Shown here in pieces: positions 28,610 to 38,370 of a stretch of DNA of 64,000 bases. The notes under the pieces are model-generated. The model had not been told where the DNA came from and did no database searches. It saw nothing but the letters and a program-made list of their open reading frames with translations. Location: assembly GCA_015711855.1 (NCBI GenBank), contig JACVJF010000002.1, positions 508-64,507 of the forward strand. Direction: 5' to 3'. The DNA is from Candidatus Solincola quzhuomuensis (GTDB lineage: Bacteria; Actinomycetota; Geothermincolia; Geothermincolales; RBG-13-55-18). The position numbers were made by a program, and so were the translations under genes. Position 1 is the stretch's first letter; every line of letters begins with the position of its first letter.

Positions 28610-31237
28610 GTGGACGTCATCCTGGGACACGTGAACGTGGACTTCGACGCCCTGGCCTCCATGGTGGCGGCCAAGAAGCTCTACCCGGAGGCGGTGATGG
28701 TCTTCGCCGGTGCGGTGAACCGCAACGTGCGTGAGTTCATCACTCTACACGGAGATGTCCTGGAGTTCATGGATCCACGGGCCCTGGACATGGAGGCCGT
28801 GAACCGCCTCATCGTGGTGGACAACCGCATCGCTGACCGATTGGGAGAATTCCGGCAGCTTTACGGTCGGGAGGGAGTGGAGATATTCGTTTACGACCAT
28901 CATCCCCCCTCCCCTCACGACATGACCGGTGTAAAGGACTATAGCGAGTACTTGGGGGCGACCACCACCGTTCTCCTGAAGATAATTCGCGGGAAATCCA
29001 TTCCCATCACGCCTTTCGAGGCCACGCTCTTCGCTCTGGGCATACACGAGGACACGGGTTCCCTGACCTATGCGGGCACCACCCCCGACGACGCCGAGGC
29101 CTTGGCCTATCTCATGCGCAAGGGAGCCAACCTGGACGTGGTGATGCATTTTCTGAGCAAGCAACTTTCCCCGGAGCAGCACTTGCTGATGAGGCGCCTC
29201 TTTTCCGGCCTGGAACATCATCGGGTCAAAGGAGTCCTGGTCACGGTGGCCAAGGCGCGCATGGAGGAATACGTGGAGGGAGCATCAATGGTGGCCGGGA
29301 AACTGGCCGACCTGGAAAACCTCGATGTGCTTTTCACGCTAACCGAGATGCAGGGGAGGGTCGTGGTTGTGGGGCTTTCCCGTCTGCAGCAGGTGGACGT
29401 GGACCGCATACTGTCCAACTTGGGGGGAGGGGGTCATCCCAAGGCAGGATCGGCGGTCCTCAAGGGGTATACCCTGACGGCGGCGGAGAGAAAGCTGATG
29501 GCCCTTCTGGAGGAGAACGTAAGGCCGCTCGTCACGGCCAGGGAGATAATGAGCGGGCCGGTGAAGACCATCGGCGAAGAGACCCCCATCGCCGAGGCCT
29601 CGCGGCGTATGGAGCTCACCGGGCACACCGCCTTCCCCGTGGTGGACGAGAGGGGGGAATTGGTGGGCATGATCTCCCGGAAGGATCTGGACAAGGCGGG
29701 GCATCACGGCCTGGGGCACGCCCCGGTGAAGGGCTTCATGACCCGCAACCTCATCGCCGTGGACGAGAACGCCTCCCTGCAGGAGATACAGAAGCTGATG
29801 ACCGACAACGCCATTGGGCGTGTGCCGGTGGTGAAGGGTCGCCGGGTGGTGGGCATCGTCACCCGGAAGGACTTGCTGAGGGCCCTGCACGGACAGGAAT
29901 ACCTCTACGGATTCGCGCCGTCGGGAAAGACGTCGGGATATACGCGCGCCGAGATAATCGAGCTCATGCAGCGCCAGCTTCCCGGAGAGGTCCAGAACCT
30001 GCTCCGCCAGGTCTCCCGGGTGGCGGAGGAAGGAGGGTACCCCGTCTACCTGGTGGGAGGAGTGGTTCGGGACCTGCTCCTCGGTTATCCCAACCTGGAC
30101 CTGGACCTAGTGGTGGAGGGGGAAGGTATAGAGTTCGCCCGCCGCCTGGCCAGGGAGACGAAGGCCAGGATACGCAGCCATCGCAAGTTCGGGACGGCGG
30201 TGATAATCCTTCCCAGCGGTAGGAGAATAGACGTGGCCACCGCGCGCACCGAGTTTTACGAACGCCCGGCGGCGCTCCCCGTTGTGGAAATATCTTCCAT
30301 AAGGCAGGACCTCTACCGCCGTGACTTCACCATCAACGCCATGGCCATAGCCCTTACCGGCGATCGATTCGGAGAACTCCTGGACTATTTCGGAGGGTTG
30401 CGGGACCTGGATAGGAGGCAAATACGCATCCTTCACAACCTCAGTTTCGTGGAGGACCCCACCCGCATCTTCAGGGCCGTGCGCTTCGAGCAACGCTATG
30501 GGTTCCGGATGGAGAGGCAGACGGAGATGCTGGCCAGGAGGGCGGTGGAAATGGAGATCGTGGGGAGGCTCACCAACGCCAGGGTCCGTGACGAGTTGGT
30601 GGACATCCTCAGCGAGCCCTTGCCGTTACCTTTGAAGGGGCTGGAGAGGCTCGAGGAACTGGGAGCGCTGCGTACCCTGCATCCCGACATCCGCGTGACC
30701 CCAGCCATGCGTTCGAGGTTCCGTCTCCTGGAACGCCACCTGGGGGAGGCCTGGAGGCTTATAGGCGAGGAAGGCAGGGCTTGGATTCCGGGAATGGCGA
30801 CCATGCTGGCCGACCTTCCTTCCGCGGAGGGGCTCAAGTGGTGCCATCAGATGCGTCTGCGGCGAGAGGACTCCGAGGCGATACGTCAATGCTTGGAGGA
30901 GGTGCCCATCGCGGTGGAAGCACTATGTGACCGACGCACCTCCCCCAGCCGGGTGGTGGCGATGCTTGACCCGCTGGTCCCCGAGGCCTTAGCATACCTC
31001 TATGCCCTGGCCGGACCGGAGGCGCGGGAAAGGGTCTTTTCCTACCTAACCACTTGGAGGGGTACGTTCCCCAGCATAAGCGGCAAGGACTTGAGGGAAA
31101 TGGGCTTACCCCCTTCGAGATTATATTCCCAGATCCTGGTAAAGATCAGGGAAGCCCTGTTGGACGGAGAGATAAGCGGCAGGGAAGAGGAGCTGTCTCT
31201 GGCGCGAAGCCTGGCGGAGAAGGCGATGAGGAGGTAG
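28610..31237 (+). CDS. DHH-DHHA1 / tandem CBS / CCA-adding tRNA nucleotidyltransferase (poly(A) polymerase family) fusion protein, 875 aa.
   Basis: N-terminal GHVNVDFDALASMVAA...VFVYDHHP (DHH); SNLGGGGHPKAGSA (DHHA1, GGGH); two CBS repeats (IMSGPVKTIGE... and FMTRNLIAVDE...); then YLVGGVVRDLLLGYPNLDLDLVVEG (class II nucleotidyltransferase head) and RRDFTINAMAI plus an RNA-binding tail. Confidence 0.8.
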   Translation: MDVILGHVNVDFDALASMVAAKKLYPEAVMVFAGAVNRNVREFITLHGDVLEFMDPRALDMEAVNRLIVVDNRIADRLGEFRQLYGREGVEIFVYDHHPPSPHDMTGVKDYSEYLGATTTVLLKIIRGKSIPITPFEATLFALGIHEDTGSLTYAGTTPDDAEALAYLMRKGANLDVVMHFLSKQLSPEQHLLMRRLFSGLEHHRVKGVLVTVAKARMEEYVEGASMVAGKLADLENLDVLFTLTEMQGRVVVVGLSRLQQVDVDRILSNLGGGGHPKAGSAVLKGYTLTAAERKLMALLEENVRPLVTAREIMSGPVKTIGEETPIAEASRRMELTGHTAFPVVDERGELVGMISRKDLDKAGHHGLGHAPVKGFMTRNLIAVDENASLQEIQKLMTDNAIGRVPVVKGRRVVGIVTRKDLLRALHGQEYLYGFAPSGKTSGYTRAEIIELMQRQLPGEVQNLLRQVSRVAEEGGYPVYLVGGVVRDLLLGYPNLDLDLVVEGEGIEFARRLARETKARIRSHRKFGTAVIILPSGRRIDVATARTEFYERPAALPVVEISSIRQDLYRRDFTINAMAIALTGDRFGELLDYFGGLRDLDRRQIRILHNLSFVEDPTRIFRAVRFEQRYGFRMERQTEMLARRAVEMEIVGRLTNARVRDELVDILSEPLPLPLKGLERLEELGALRTLHPDIRVTPAMRSRFRLLERHLGEAWRLIGEEGRAWIPGMATMLADLPSAEGLKWCHQMRLRREDSEAIRQCLEEVPIAVEALCDRRTSPSRVVAMLDPLVPEALAYLYALAGPEARERVFSYLTTWRGTFPSISGKDLREMGLPPSRLYSQILVKIREALLDGEISGREEELSLARSLAEKAMRR

Positions 31238-31243
31238 CGGGAC

Positions 31244-31900
31244 GTGTCTCAGTTGGAGATAACCCTGTACATGCTGGTGGGCCTGATCATCGGGGTCATC
31301 CTGCACGAGTACATGCACGGGTACGTTGCCTACCGGATGGGAGACCCCACCGCGAAGCGGGCCGGCCGTCTGACCCTTGACCCCTTGGCCCACGTGGACC
31401 CCTTCGGGACGCTCATCCTGCCCGGTATGCTCTTCCTCCTCAGCCTTCTGGGACACGGCACCTTCATCATCGGCTACGCCAAGCCGGTGCCCATCAACCC
31501 TTTCCTCTTCCGCAAGCCGCGGGGCATAATCTGGGTTTCCCTGGCCGGTCCCCTGTCCAACCTGACCCTGGGGGTGGTGTTCATAGGGATAATGCGCCTG
31601 ATAACCCTCTTTCCTGCGGAGGGTTTCTTGCTCCATGTTCTGTACACGTGCCTGAGCATCGCCTATATAAACATACTCCTCTTCGTCTTCAACCTCATCC
31701 CCATCCCCCCGCTGGATGGGTCACGGGTGGTGGGGTATTTCCTGCGCGGGGAAGCGAAACGAGCCTATTCTTCGCTTGAGCCCTACGGATTTTTCTTAAT
31801 CCTTTTCCTGGTGATGCTCTTTGGGTTCGTCCTCTCCCACATCGTGGGTAAGTTGGCCAATCTCTTACTGAGGGCGTTCGGTTTAGGGAAGGTCTTCTGA
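31244..31900 (+). CDS. Site-2 protease family (M50) zinc metalloprotease, small membrane form.
   Basis: HEYMHG (HExxH) within a TM helix, and the NLIPIPPLDG motif (the LDG of the S2P family). Confidence 0.75.
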   Translation: MSQLEITLYMLVGLIIGVILHEYMHGYVAYRMGDPTAKRAGRLTLDPLAHVDPFGTLILPGMLFLLSLLGHGTFIIGYAKPVPINPFLFRKPRGIIWVSLAGPLSNLTLGVVFIGIMRLITLFPAEGFLLHVLYTCLSIAYINILLFVFNLIPIPPLDGSRVVGYFLRGEAKRAYSSLEPYGFFLILFLVMLFGFVLSHIVGKLANLLLRAFGLGKVF

Positions 31901-32018
31901 ACACATGCTTTGAGGGTATTTTCGGTGACGGCCATCGGTGTATAAGGATTCGGTGATCAGGCTATCCCGCTCGACCTCGGGCTGAAAGGATGGCGGTAAG
32001 AGGAGGTGAGGGAAAGCT

Positions 32019-32561
32019 TTGAATACCTGGAAGAACCTTCCAGGAAAGTTATGGGTGAGTTTCATGGCCCTAAACCCCCGTCTTCACCGTCGGGCACTGT
32101 CGGCCGGGAGGGTACTTTCTCCCGCCGAGAGGGACCTCTTCCTATCCATGGACCGTTACGACCTGGCCCACTCCCTGGCAGTGGCCTCCCGCCTGCGAGA
32201 AGATCCGCTTCTGTACCGCGCCGCCTTACTGCACGATTCCGGGAAGCTGGTCACCGAACTCAAACTCCGGGTGCGCTGGGCTTACACCTTTCTGGAGGTC
32301 TTCCGGCCTCGGTGGCTGCAACGTCTGACCAATTGGGTGGAAGGAGAAGCGCTCGGCAGGGGTGTCTTGGAACGGATGCGCAGTTTACCTCCCGGATGGA
32401 AAAGGGGCCTTTTCGTTCAGCTTCATCACGGGGAGATCGCCGCGGAGCTGCTACGACGGGCAGGCAGCGACGAGGTCTTGGTGGGGCTGGTGGAAGGCCA
32501 CCAGAAGGAACCCGCCGACGAAAGGGCGGCCAGCCTGCGCCGGGTGGACGACTTGTTCTGA
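32019..32561 (+). CDS. HD domain phosphohydrolase.
   Basis: H...HD pattern (LAHSLAVASRL...AALLHDSGK) and a downstream D. The overlapping alternative frame 32006..32572 lacks motifs. Confidence 0.5.
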   Translation: MNTWKNLPGKLWVSFMALNPRLHRRALSAGRVLSPAERDLFLSMDRYDLAHSLAVASRLREDPLLYRAALLHDSGKLVTELKLRVRWAYTFLEVFRPRWLQRLTNWVEGEALGRGVLERMRSLPPGWKRGLFVQLHHGEIAAELLRRAGSDEVLVGLVEGHQKEPADERAASLRRVDDLF

Positions 32562-32827
32562 GAGGGCTTTAGGGGCCGGGATCCAGCGCGTCAGACCTCT
32601 CCCAACAGGTCGAGACTTTAAAATCGAGATGTGACTCTCACGGAAAGCGGGTCGCCTTATCTTTTAAAGCGCGGGATGACCGGCAAATCCAGGGGTGCAT
32701 GAGGGGAGTATAGAATATATAAATGCGAAGTCATGTCGGCGAAGGACACCGGCGACGCCGCCGGGCAAGGTCTTCCGCGGCGAAGGGAAGAAAACAGACG
32801 GTAGGAAAACGGTAGGAAGGAGTCATT

Positions 32828-33808
32828 TTGGCACAGAGGGTACTCACAGGATACCGGCCCACGGGAAAGCTTCACCTGGGCCACCTTCACGGAAACCTCC
32901 TGAGGATGATCGAGCTTCAAGAGCAGGCGGAATGTTTTTTCTTCATCGCCGACTGGCATGCCCTGACCACCGATTACCAGGACCCTTCCCGCCTGCGCAC
33001 CTATACCGAGGAGATGGTCCTGGACTGGCTGGCTGCCGGTCTGGACCCGCAAAAGGTGGCCTTATACCGCCAGTCGGACCTCCCGGAGGTGGCGGAGTTC
33101 CAACTCTACCTCTCCATGATCACTCCCCTGGGATGGCTGGAGAGGGTTCCTTCGTTCAAGGAACAGCAGGAGCAGCTCAGGGGGAGGGAGATCGCCACCC
33201 ACGGCTTTCTCGGTTATCCCGTTCTCCAGGCCGCGGACATACTCATCGTCCGGGCGGACTCCGTGCCGGTGGGAGAGGACCAACTTCCCCACCTGGAGCT
33301 GACACGCGAGATCGTGAGGAGGTTCAACTACCTTTACGGGGAGACCTTCGCCGAGCCCCAGTCCCTTCTCTCCCCGTCGCCCCGCATACCGGGGACCGAC
33401 GGACGCAAGATGAGCAAGAGTTACGGCAACCACATCTCCCTGGCCGATCCTCCGGAGGAGATCCGCAGAAAGGTGCTCTCCATGGTCACCGATCCGGCCC
33501 GCCGCACCAGGAAAGATCCCGGCGATCCCGAAAAGTGCAGCGTTTTCGAACTGCACAAAGTTTACAACCCCGATCGCCTGGAAGAGATAGCCGGAAATTG
33601 CCGCTCCGCCGGTTGGGGTTGCGTGGAATGCAAGGAGGTGTTGGCGGAGAGGATATCCGGTTCCTTACAATCCTTCCGAAAAAGGAGAAGGGAACTGGAG
33701 GAAGTGCCGGGGATAGCCTGGAAAGTATTGGAAGATGGACTGCGGCGCACCAGACCATTGGCCAAAGAGGTGCTGGCGGAGGTGCGCCGGAGGATGGGCG
33801 TGGACTGA
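32828..33808 (+). CDS. trpS: Tryptophan--tRNA ligase.
   Basis: TGYRPTGKLHLGHLHG (HIGH-type), the conserved GxDQ region, and KMSKS. Confidence 0.9.
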   Translation: MAQRVLTGYRPTGKLHLGHLHGNLLRMIELQEQAECFFFIADWHALTTDYQDPSRLRTYTEEMVLDWLAAGLDPQKVALYRQSDLPEVAEFQLYLSMITPLGWLERVPSFKEQQEQLRGREIATHGFLGYPVLQAADILIVRADSVPVGEDQLPHLELTREIVRRFNYLYGETFAEPQSLLSPSPRIPGTDGRKMSKSYGNHISLADPPEEIRRKVLSMVTDPARRTRKDPGDPEKCSVFELHKVYNPDRLEEIAGNCRSAGWGCVECKEVLAERISGSLQSFRKRRRELEEVPGIAWKVLEDGLRRTRPLAKEVLAEVRRRMGVD

Positions 33809-33818
33809 GGAGAGAGGC

Positions 33819-34601
33819 GTGCCCTACCTGGTGAAGCTCGAAATTTTCGAGGGGCCCTTCGACCTTCTCCTGCATCTCATCGGCCGTAGGGAGATCGACA
33901 TCTACGAGATCTCCATAGCGGAGATCACCGACGATTACCTACGTTACGTGGAGACCATGCGGGAATTGGACCTGGATGTGGCGACCGAGTTCCTCCTCAT
34001 CGCCGCCACCCTCCTCAAGCTGAAGTCCGATGCCCTGCTCCCGATTCCGGAAAGGGAAGAAGAGGAACCCACTCCCGCTGAGGTACGAGAGGAACTGCTG
34101 TGGAGGCTGGTGGAGTACCAGAAGTTCCGCAATGCGGCGCAAGAGCTCGCCTCCCGCTTGGAACGCGAGGAGAGATACTGTTACCGGGAAGTGGACGTGG
34201 AAGAGCCTTTGCGGTGCCTGGTGCCTGAGGTTCTGGACCGCCTGACCCTGGAAAGATTGGTGGAGACGGCTCGACAGATCATTGAGCCGGAAGGGGAGGT
34301 GGACGTATCCTACATCGCTCCCATCAGGGTAAACGTATCCGATTTCATGGACCGGGTCCGCACGGAGCTGGCGCGTAAGGGCCGGGTCACGTTCCGGGAA
34401 CTGACCAAGGATTGCGCGCTGCGCATAGAGATAATCGCCACCTTTCTGGCGCTCCTCGAGCTGTACAAGAGGGAAGAGGTGGATATCCGTCAGGCGGTCC
34501 GTTTCGGAGACATAGAGGTTTATCCCCTGGAAGACGAGAACGTTCGAGAGACGCGGGGAGACGTCCCGGTTGCACGGGCGCTGCGAGAAATGGAGGAGTG
34601 A
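33819..34601 (+). CDS. scpA: Segregation and condensation protein A.
   Basis: LEIFEGPFDLLLHLIGRREIDIYEISIAEITDDYLRYV is the canonical ScpA N-terminus. GTG start at 33819, after the trpS stop. Confidence 0.85.
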   Translation: MPYLVKLEIFEGPFDLLLHLIGRREIDIYEISIAEITDDYLRYVETMRELDLDVATEFLLIAATLLKLKSDALLPIPEREEEEPTPAEVREELLWRLVEYQKFRNAAQELASRLEREERYCYREVDVEEPLRCLVPEVLDRLTLERLVETARQIIEPEGEVDVSYIAPIRVNVSDFMDRVRTELARKGRVTFRELTKDCALRIEIIATFLALLELYKREEVDIRQAVRFGDIEVYPLEDENVRETRGDVPVARALREMEE

Positions 34602-34604
34602 GGG

Positions 34605-35348
34605 ATGGAACTCAAACCCATAGGGGGGAGGATATGGAAGACGGCCGCCGACGGTCGGGACGTGACGGAGATGAACGAGATAAAGGGAGCGCTGGAATCC
34701 CTGCTCTTCGTGGCCGGTGAGCCCTTGACGCCGACGCGCCTAGCGGAAGCCCTCGGCTGCGACGAGGGGAAGGTACTGGCCGCCCTACAGGAGCTCCGCC
34801 AGGAGTATCTGGAGGAGAACCGAGGAATACAGCTGAGGGAGGTGGGGGGCGGTTGGCGCATGCACACCCATCCCGCTTATGCCGATTACGTGGAAAAGCT
34901 CCTCTTAGCCTCAAGGCGATCCAGGTTGACCCGAGCCGCGCTGGAGACCCTGGCCATCATAGCTTACCTGCAACCCATAACCCGAAGCCAGATAGCCAAT
35001 CTTAGGGGGGTACAATCGGAGAACGTGGTCAAGGTTCTGGCGGAGCTGGGGCTGGTGAGGGAAGCGGGAAAGGAGAGGTCTCCGGGAGGACCCGCTCTCT
35101 ACGTGACCACGGAGAAATTCCTGGAGCGCTTCGGTCTGAACAGCCTGGACGAGCTTCCTCCCTTGGAGGGGTTCGAACCGGACAGGGAGACGGTGGAGCG
35201 TATAGCCCGCTCTCTTTCCGGAGGCGGGATACAAGAAGATAACGGGACGGTAATATGGAGATCTCCGGAAGAAGGACCACCCTGCCAGAGTCCCGAGGGG
35301 GAGGAGGCCAAAGGGTATCGGGAGGAAAACCATCCCGGTGTCGGGTAA
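34605..35348 (+). CDS. scpB: Segregation and condensation protein B (with a C-terminal extension).
   Basis: ALESLLFVAGEPLTPTRLAEAL and LQPITRSQIANLRGV (tandem winged-helix). Sits between scpA and rluB as in Bacillus. The start may be 34605 or the internal ATG at about 34671. Confidence 0.8.
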   Translation: MELKPIGGRIWKTAADGRDVTEMNEIKGALESLLFVAGEPLTPTRLAEALGCDEGKVLAALQELRQEYLEENRGIQLREVGGGWRMHTHPAYADYVEKLLLASRRSRLTRAALETLAIIAYLQPITRSQIANLRGVQSENVVKVLAELGLVREAGKERSPGGPALYVTTEKFLERFGLNSLDELPPLEGFEPDRETVERIARSLSGGGIQEDNGTVIWRSPEEGPPCQSPEGEEAKGYREENHPGVG

Positions 35349-35546
35349 GGCGCGGGAGACGCACGGGAATCGGTCTGACCGCATACCGGTTTGGTAAGAA
35401 CACGTCTATTCGAGGCACGGCATCGGCGACCCATACCGTGGGTCGAGTGCGTCGACCGGTCAGGGACCCCGTCGGTAGAGCGCACGTTTTTTCGTGGCAT
35501 CTTCCAGGGAGTGATCTGTCCTCGGAAGGAGGGCGTGGACTGGATC

Positions 35547-36272
35547 ATGGAAGAAGGCGGACTTCCGGTAAGGTTGCAGAAGGTCTTGGCTGAAGCGGGT
35601 CTGGGCTCGCGGAGGCGTTGCGAGCAACTCATCCTCGACGGCAGGGTGACCGTGAACGGAAAAAGGGCCGAGTTGGGAGATCGCGTTATCCCCGACCACG
35701 ATCGCATCGAGGTCGACGGCATAACCATCACGCTCGGGATGGAACGAAAATATTTTCTGCTCAACAAGCCGGCCGGATATCTGACCACGGTCAAGGATCC
35801 TCACCGCCGCCCCACGGTCATGGACCTCATTAAGGAGAAGGAGAGGCTCTTTCCCGTCGGCAGGCTGGACAAGGACACGAGGGGACTTTTGCTCCTGACC
35901 AACGACGGATATCTGGCCCATAAGCTGATGCATCCCAGCAGCGGCGTGGAGAAGACCTATCTGGTACAGGCGGAGGGGTACCTGAGCCCGCAGGGCCTTT
36001 CCCGACTGCGCAGGGGAATCAGGCTGGAGGAGGGCACGACCGCTCCGGCCAAGGTCCGGGTGCTGGCTCGAAGGGGAAGCCGCTTGCTCCTGGAATTCAC
36101 CATCCACGAGGGGAAGAAGAGGCAGATACGCAGGATGTGCGCGGCGGTGGGCCTCAAGGTGGTGGACCTGGTACGCACCCGCTTCGGGCCTTTGGACCTC
36201 AAGGGCTTGAAGGAGGGAGAATACAGGCCGCTCACTCCTCAAGAGGTGAAAAGGCTGATGGAGCTGGACTGA
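35547..36272 (+). CDS. rluB: 23S rRNA pseudouridine synthase, RsuA/RluB family.
   Basis: S4 domain RLQKVLAEAGLGSRRRCEQLILDGRVTVNG, the catalytic motif FPVGRLDKDTRGLLLLTNDG, and the KTY motif. ATG at 35547, preceded by GGAAGGAGG. Confidence 0.85.
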   Translation: MEEGGLPVRLQKVLAEAGLGSRRRCEQLILDGRVTVNGKRAELGDRVIPDHDRIEVDGITITLGMERKYFLLNKPAGYLTTVKDPHRRPTVMDLIKEKERLFPVGRLDKDTRGLLLLTNDGYLAHKLMHPSSGVEKTYLVQAEGYLSPQGLSRLRRGIRLEEGTTAPAKVRVLARRGSRLLLEFTIHEGKKRQIRRMCAAVGLKVVDLVRTRFGPLDLKGLKEGEYRPLTPQEVKRLMELD

Positions 36273-36379
36273 AGCGCGTGCGGGTAACTGGATGCTGACA
36301 TGGGTTGGAATACCCACGAAGTCTTCTGGCGGCGGTCGTCTTATGGTAAACTTTTTTCCCGAAACTTAAGGAGGCGGAA

Positions 36380-36742
36380 ATGCAGCTGAGGGCCTTGAGA
36401 GGAGCTATCCTCTGTCGAGAGAACACCAAGGAAGAGATAGTGGAGAGGACGGCGCAGCTCCTGCGGGAGATGATAAAGCGCAACGACATCCGTCCGGAAG
36501 ACATCGTGGACGTGATATTCACCGCCACGGAAGACCTTACTGCCGAGTTCCCCGCCGCAGCGGCTCGCCACATAGGCCTGACCCATGTCCCTCTTCTGTG
36601 TGCCCGGGAATTGGCCATCGAGGACGGAGCGCCCCGCTGTATCCGGGTCCTTATGCACTTCTATACCCGCAAGCATCCCCACGAGCTGCGGCATCCTTAT
36701 CTGGAAGGAGCGCGCCAACTCAGGACGGACCTCCCGGAATAA
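36380..36742 (+). CDS. aroH: Chorismate mutase, AroH class.
   Basis: MQLRALRGAI...CIRVLMHF...HPYLE...LRTDL is collinear with Bacillus subtilis AroH (IRGIRGA...CIRVMM...HVYLE...LRPDL). 120 aa. Confidence 0.8.
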   Translation: MQLRALRGAILCRENTKEEIVERTAQLLREMIKRNDIRPEDIVDVIFTATEDLTAEFPAAAARHIGLTHVPLLCARELAIEDGAPRCIRVLMHFYTRKHPHELRHPYLEGARQLRTDLPE

Positions 36743-36784
36743 CGACTCCATTCCTCCAGGAATGATAATATCCGGCGTTTTTTC
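36734..36784 (+). terminator. Compound stem-loop ending in GGCG-TTTTTT directly after the aroH stop. Putative intrinsic terminator.
   Basis: CCGGA...ATTCCT-CC-AGGAAT...TCCGG followed by CGTTTTTTCG. Confidence 0.4.
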
Positions 36785-37249
36785 GTTCTCGACGACGACC
36801 TCGAGGCGGCAAGGCCGGAAATGCAGTGCGAATCGTTAGGCGTAAGAGGACTTGAAAAGAAGATTAGAAGCCATCCTATCATCCCGATAAGAATGCCGGC
36901 TCGGCAGAAAGGAATGGTCTTCTAAGAGTTCGGTCCGGGAATCACCGCGATCCGCCTGGTCGAGAAGACGAGAAGAGCAATGGTGATCGAGGGGTGGGAG
37001 GCCGATGGCTTTGGGGCGGGGCGGGTTGGAAACGCAAGCTGTGTCCTCCCAACCAAGGTAGGAGGGGTCTTGCGGAAAGAGCGTAGGCGACTTAATGTAA
37101 TAAATCCGATAAAAGAAAAGCGGCCGGCTGTAAGGACGGGTTTTAGCCGCGAGGACGGTGGTGGCCGGCGGCGGGTGAGCGGGCTTGAAACGGATAACGA
37201 TTCCTCAACCGACGCGAAGATGGTAATATTTGGATAAGGGGGGACGGAG

Positions 37250-38260
37250 ATGGTCATCGTCATGCGATCCGGTGCTACCGAGCAGGAGATCCAGGAGATA
37301 GTGGATCTGCTGCACAAGACGGGGCTGGAAGCCCACGTATCGCGCGGCGAATTCCGCACGGTCATCGGGGTCATCGGCGACGACGAGCTGGTGCTGCAGG
37401 TACCTTTCCAGGCCTATCCGGCGGTGGAAAGGGTCATCCCCATAATGAAACCGTTTAAGCTGGCCAGTCGGGAGTTTCAGGATGAACCCACGGTAATACG
37501 GGTCGGGGACGTACAGTTGGGAGGCGGGACCTTCGTCGTCATCGCCGGGCCCTGCTCGGTGGAGACCGAGGAACAGGTGGTGGAGTCGGCACGCATAGCC
37601 AAGCGGGCGGGAGCGAAACTTTTTCGAGGAGGAGCCTTCAAACCGCGAACCAGCCCCTACAGCTTTCAGGGGCTGGGAGAGGAGGGTCTCAGGCTACTCG
37701 CCCGAGCCAGGGAGGAGACCGGGCTTCCCGTGGTGACGGAGGTCCTGGACGTGCGGGACGTGGATCTGGTTTACCGATATGCCGACGTCCTGCAGGTGGG
37801 TGCCCGGAACATGCAGAACTTCCTAATGCTCAAAGAGCTGGGCAAACAGGACAAACCCGTGCTCCTCAAAAGGGGGATGAGCGCCACCGTGGAGGAATGG
37901 CTGATGGCCGCCGAGTACATACTAAAGGAGGGTAACCGGAAAGTCGTCCTCTGCGAGAGGGGGATCAAGACCTTCGAGACCGGGACCCGCAATACGCTGG
38001 ACATATCCTCCGTTCCCGCAGTGAAGAACCTCTCCCATCTTCCGGTTGTCGTCGATCCCAGCCATGCCACCGGGGTGAGCGAGCTGGTTCCGCCCCTTTG
38101 CCTGGCGGCGCTGGCAGCGGGAGCGGACGGGGTGATGGTGGAGATGCACCCGCGCCCTCGGGAGGCCTTGTGTGACGGCTCCCAGTCGCTGGACCCGGAG
38201 AGCTTCGAGGCCATGATGAAGGAGGTCACAAGACTGGCTTCCTACATGGGTAAGGTATAG
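37250..38260 (+). CDS. 3-deoxy-7-phosphoheptulonate (DAHP) synthase, type I-beta, with an N-terminal ferredoxin-like regulatory domain.
   Basis: IAGPCSVE, LFRGGAFKPRTSPYSFQGLG, KRGMSAT and DPSHATG are signatures of the KDO8PS/DAHPS I-beta family. The extension about 75 aa long resembles Thermotoga-type DAHPS. Confidence 0.85.
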   Translation: MVIVMRSGATEQEIQEIVDLLHKTGLEAHVSRGEFRTVIGVIGDDELVLQVPFQAYPAVERVIPIMKPFKLASREFQDEPTVIRVGDVQLGGGTFVVIAGPCSVETEEQVVESARIAKRAGAKLFRGGAFKPRTSPYSFQGLGEEGLRLLARAREETGLPVVTEVLDVRDVDLVYRYADVLQVGARNMQNFLMLKELGKQDKPVLLKRGMSATVEEWLMAAEYILKEGNRKVVLCERGIKTFETGTRNTLDISSVPAVKNLSHLPVVVDPSHATGVSELVPPLCLAALAAGADGVMVEMHPRPREALCDGSQSLDPESFEAMMKEVTRLASYMGKV

Positions 38261-38370
38261 GAAAATCCTATAGGCACAAGCGCCGGCGTATTTGAGAGCG
38301 GTGAGGTGAAGTAGGCGTCCTATACCGGGGTCCAGGTCGGGATCGGTTCCCATGTAAAGCGGTTTACGCC

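Noticed and set aside
32562-32827. Possible T-box riboswitch leader upstream of trpS.
   Set aside because: I looked for the T-box core (AGGGUGGNACCGCG) and a specifier/terminator arrangement and found none. The region only has generic GC hairpins.
36980-37237. 85-aa ORF (and 150-aa minus ORF 36922..37374) in the aroH-aroF spacer.
   Set aside because: Low-complexity Gly/Arg-rich translation, no RBS and no aromatic-rich leader-peptide character. Treated as non-coding.
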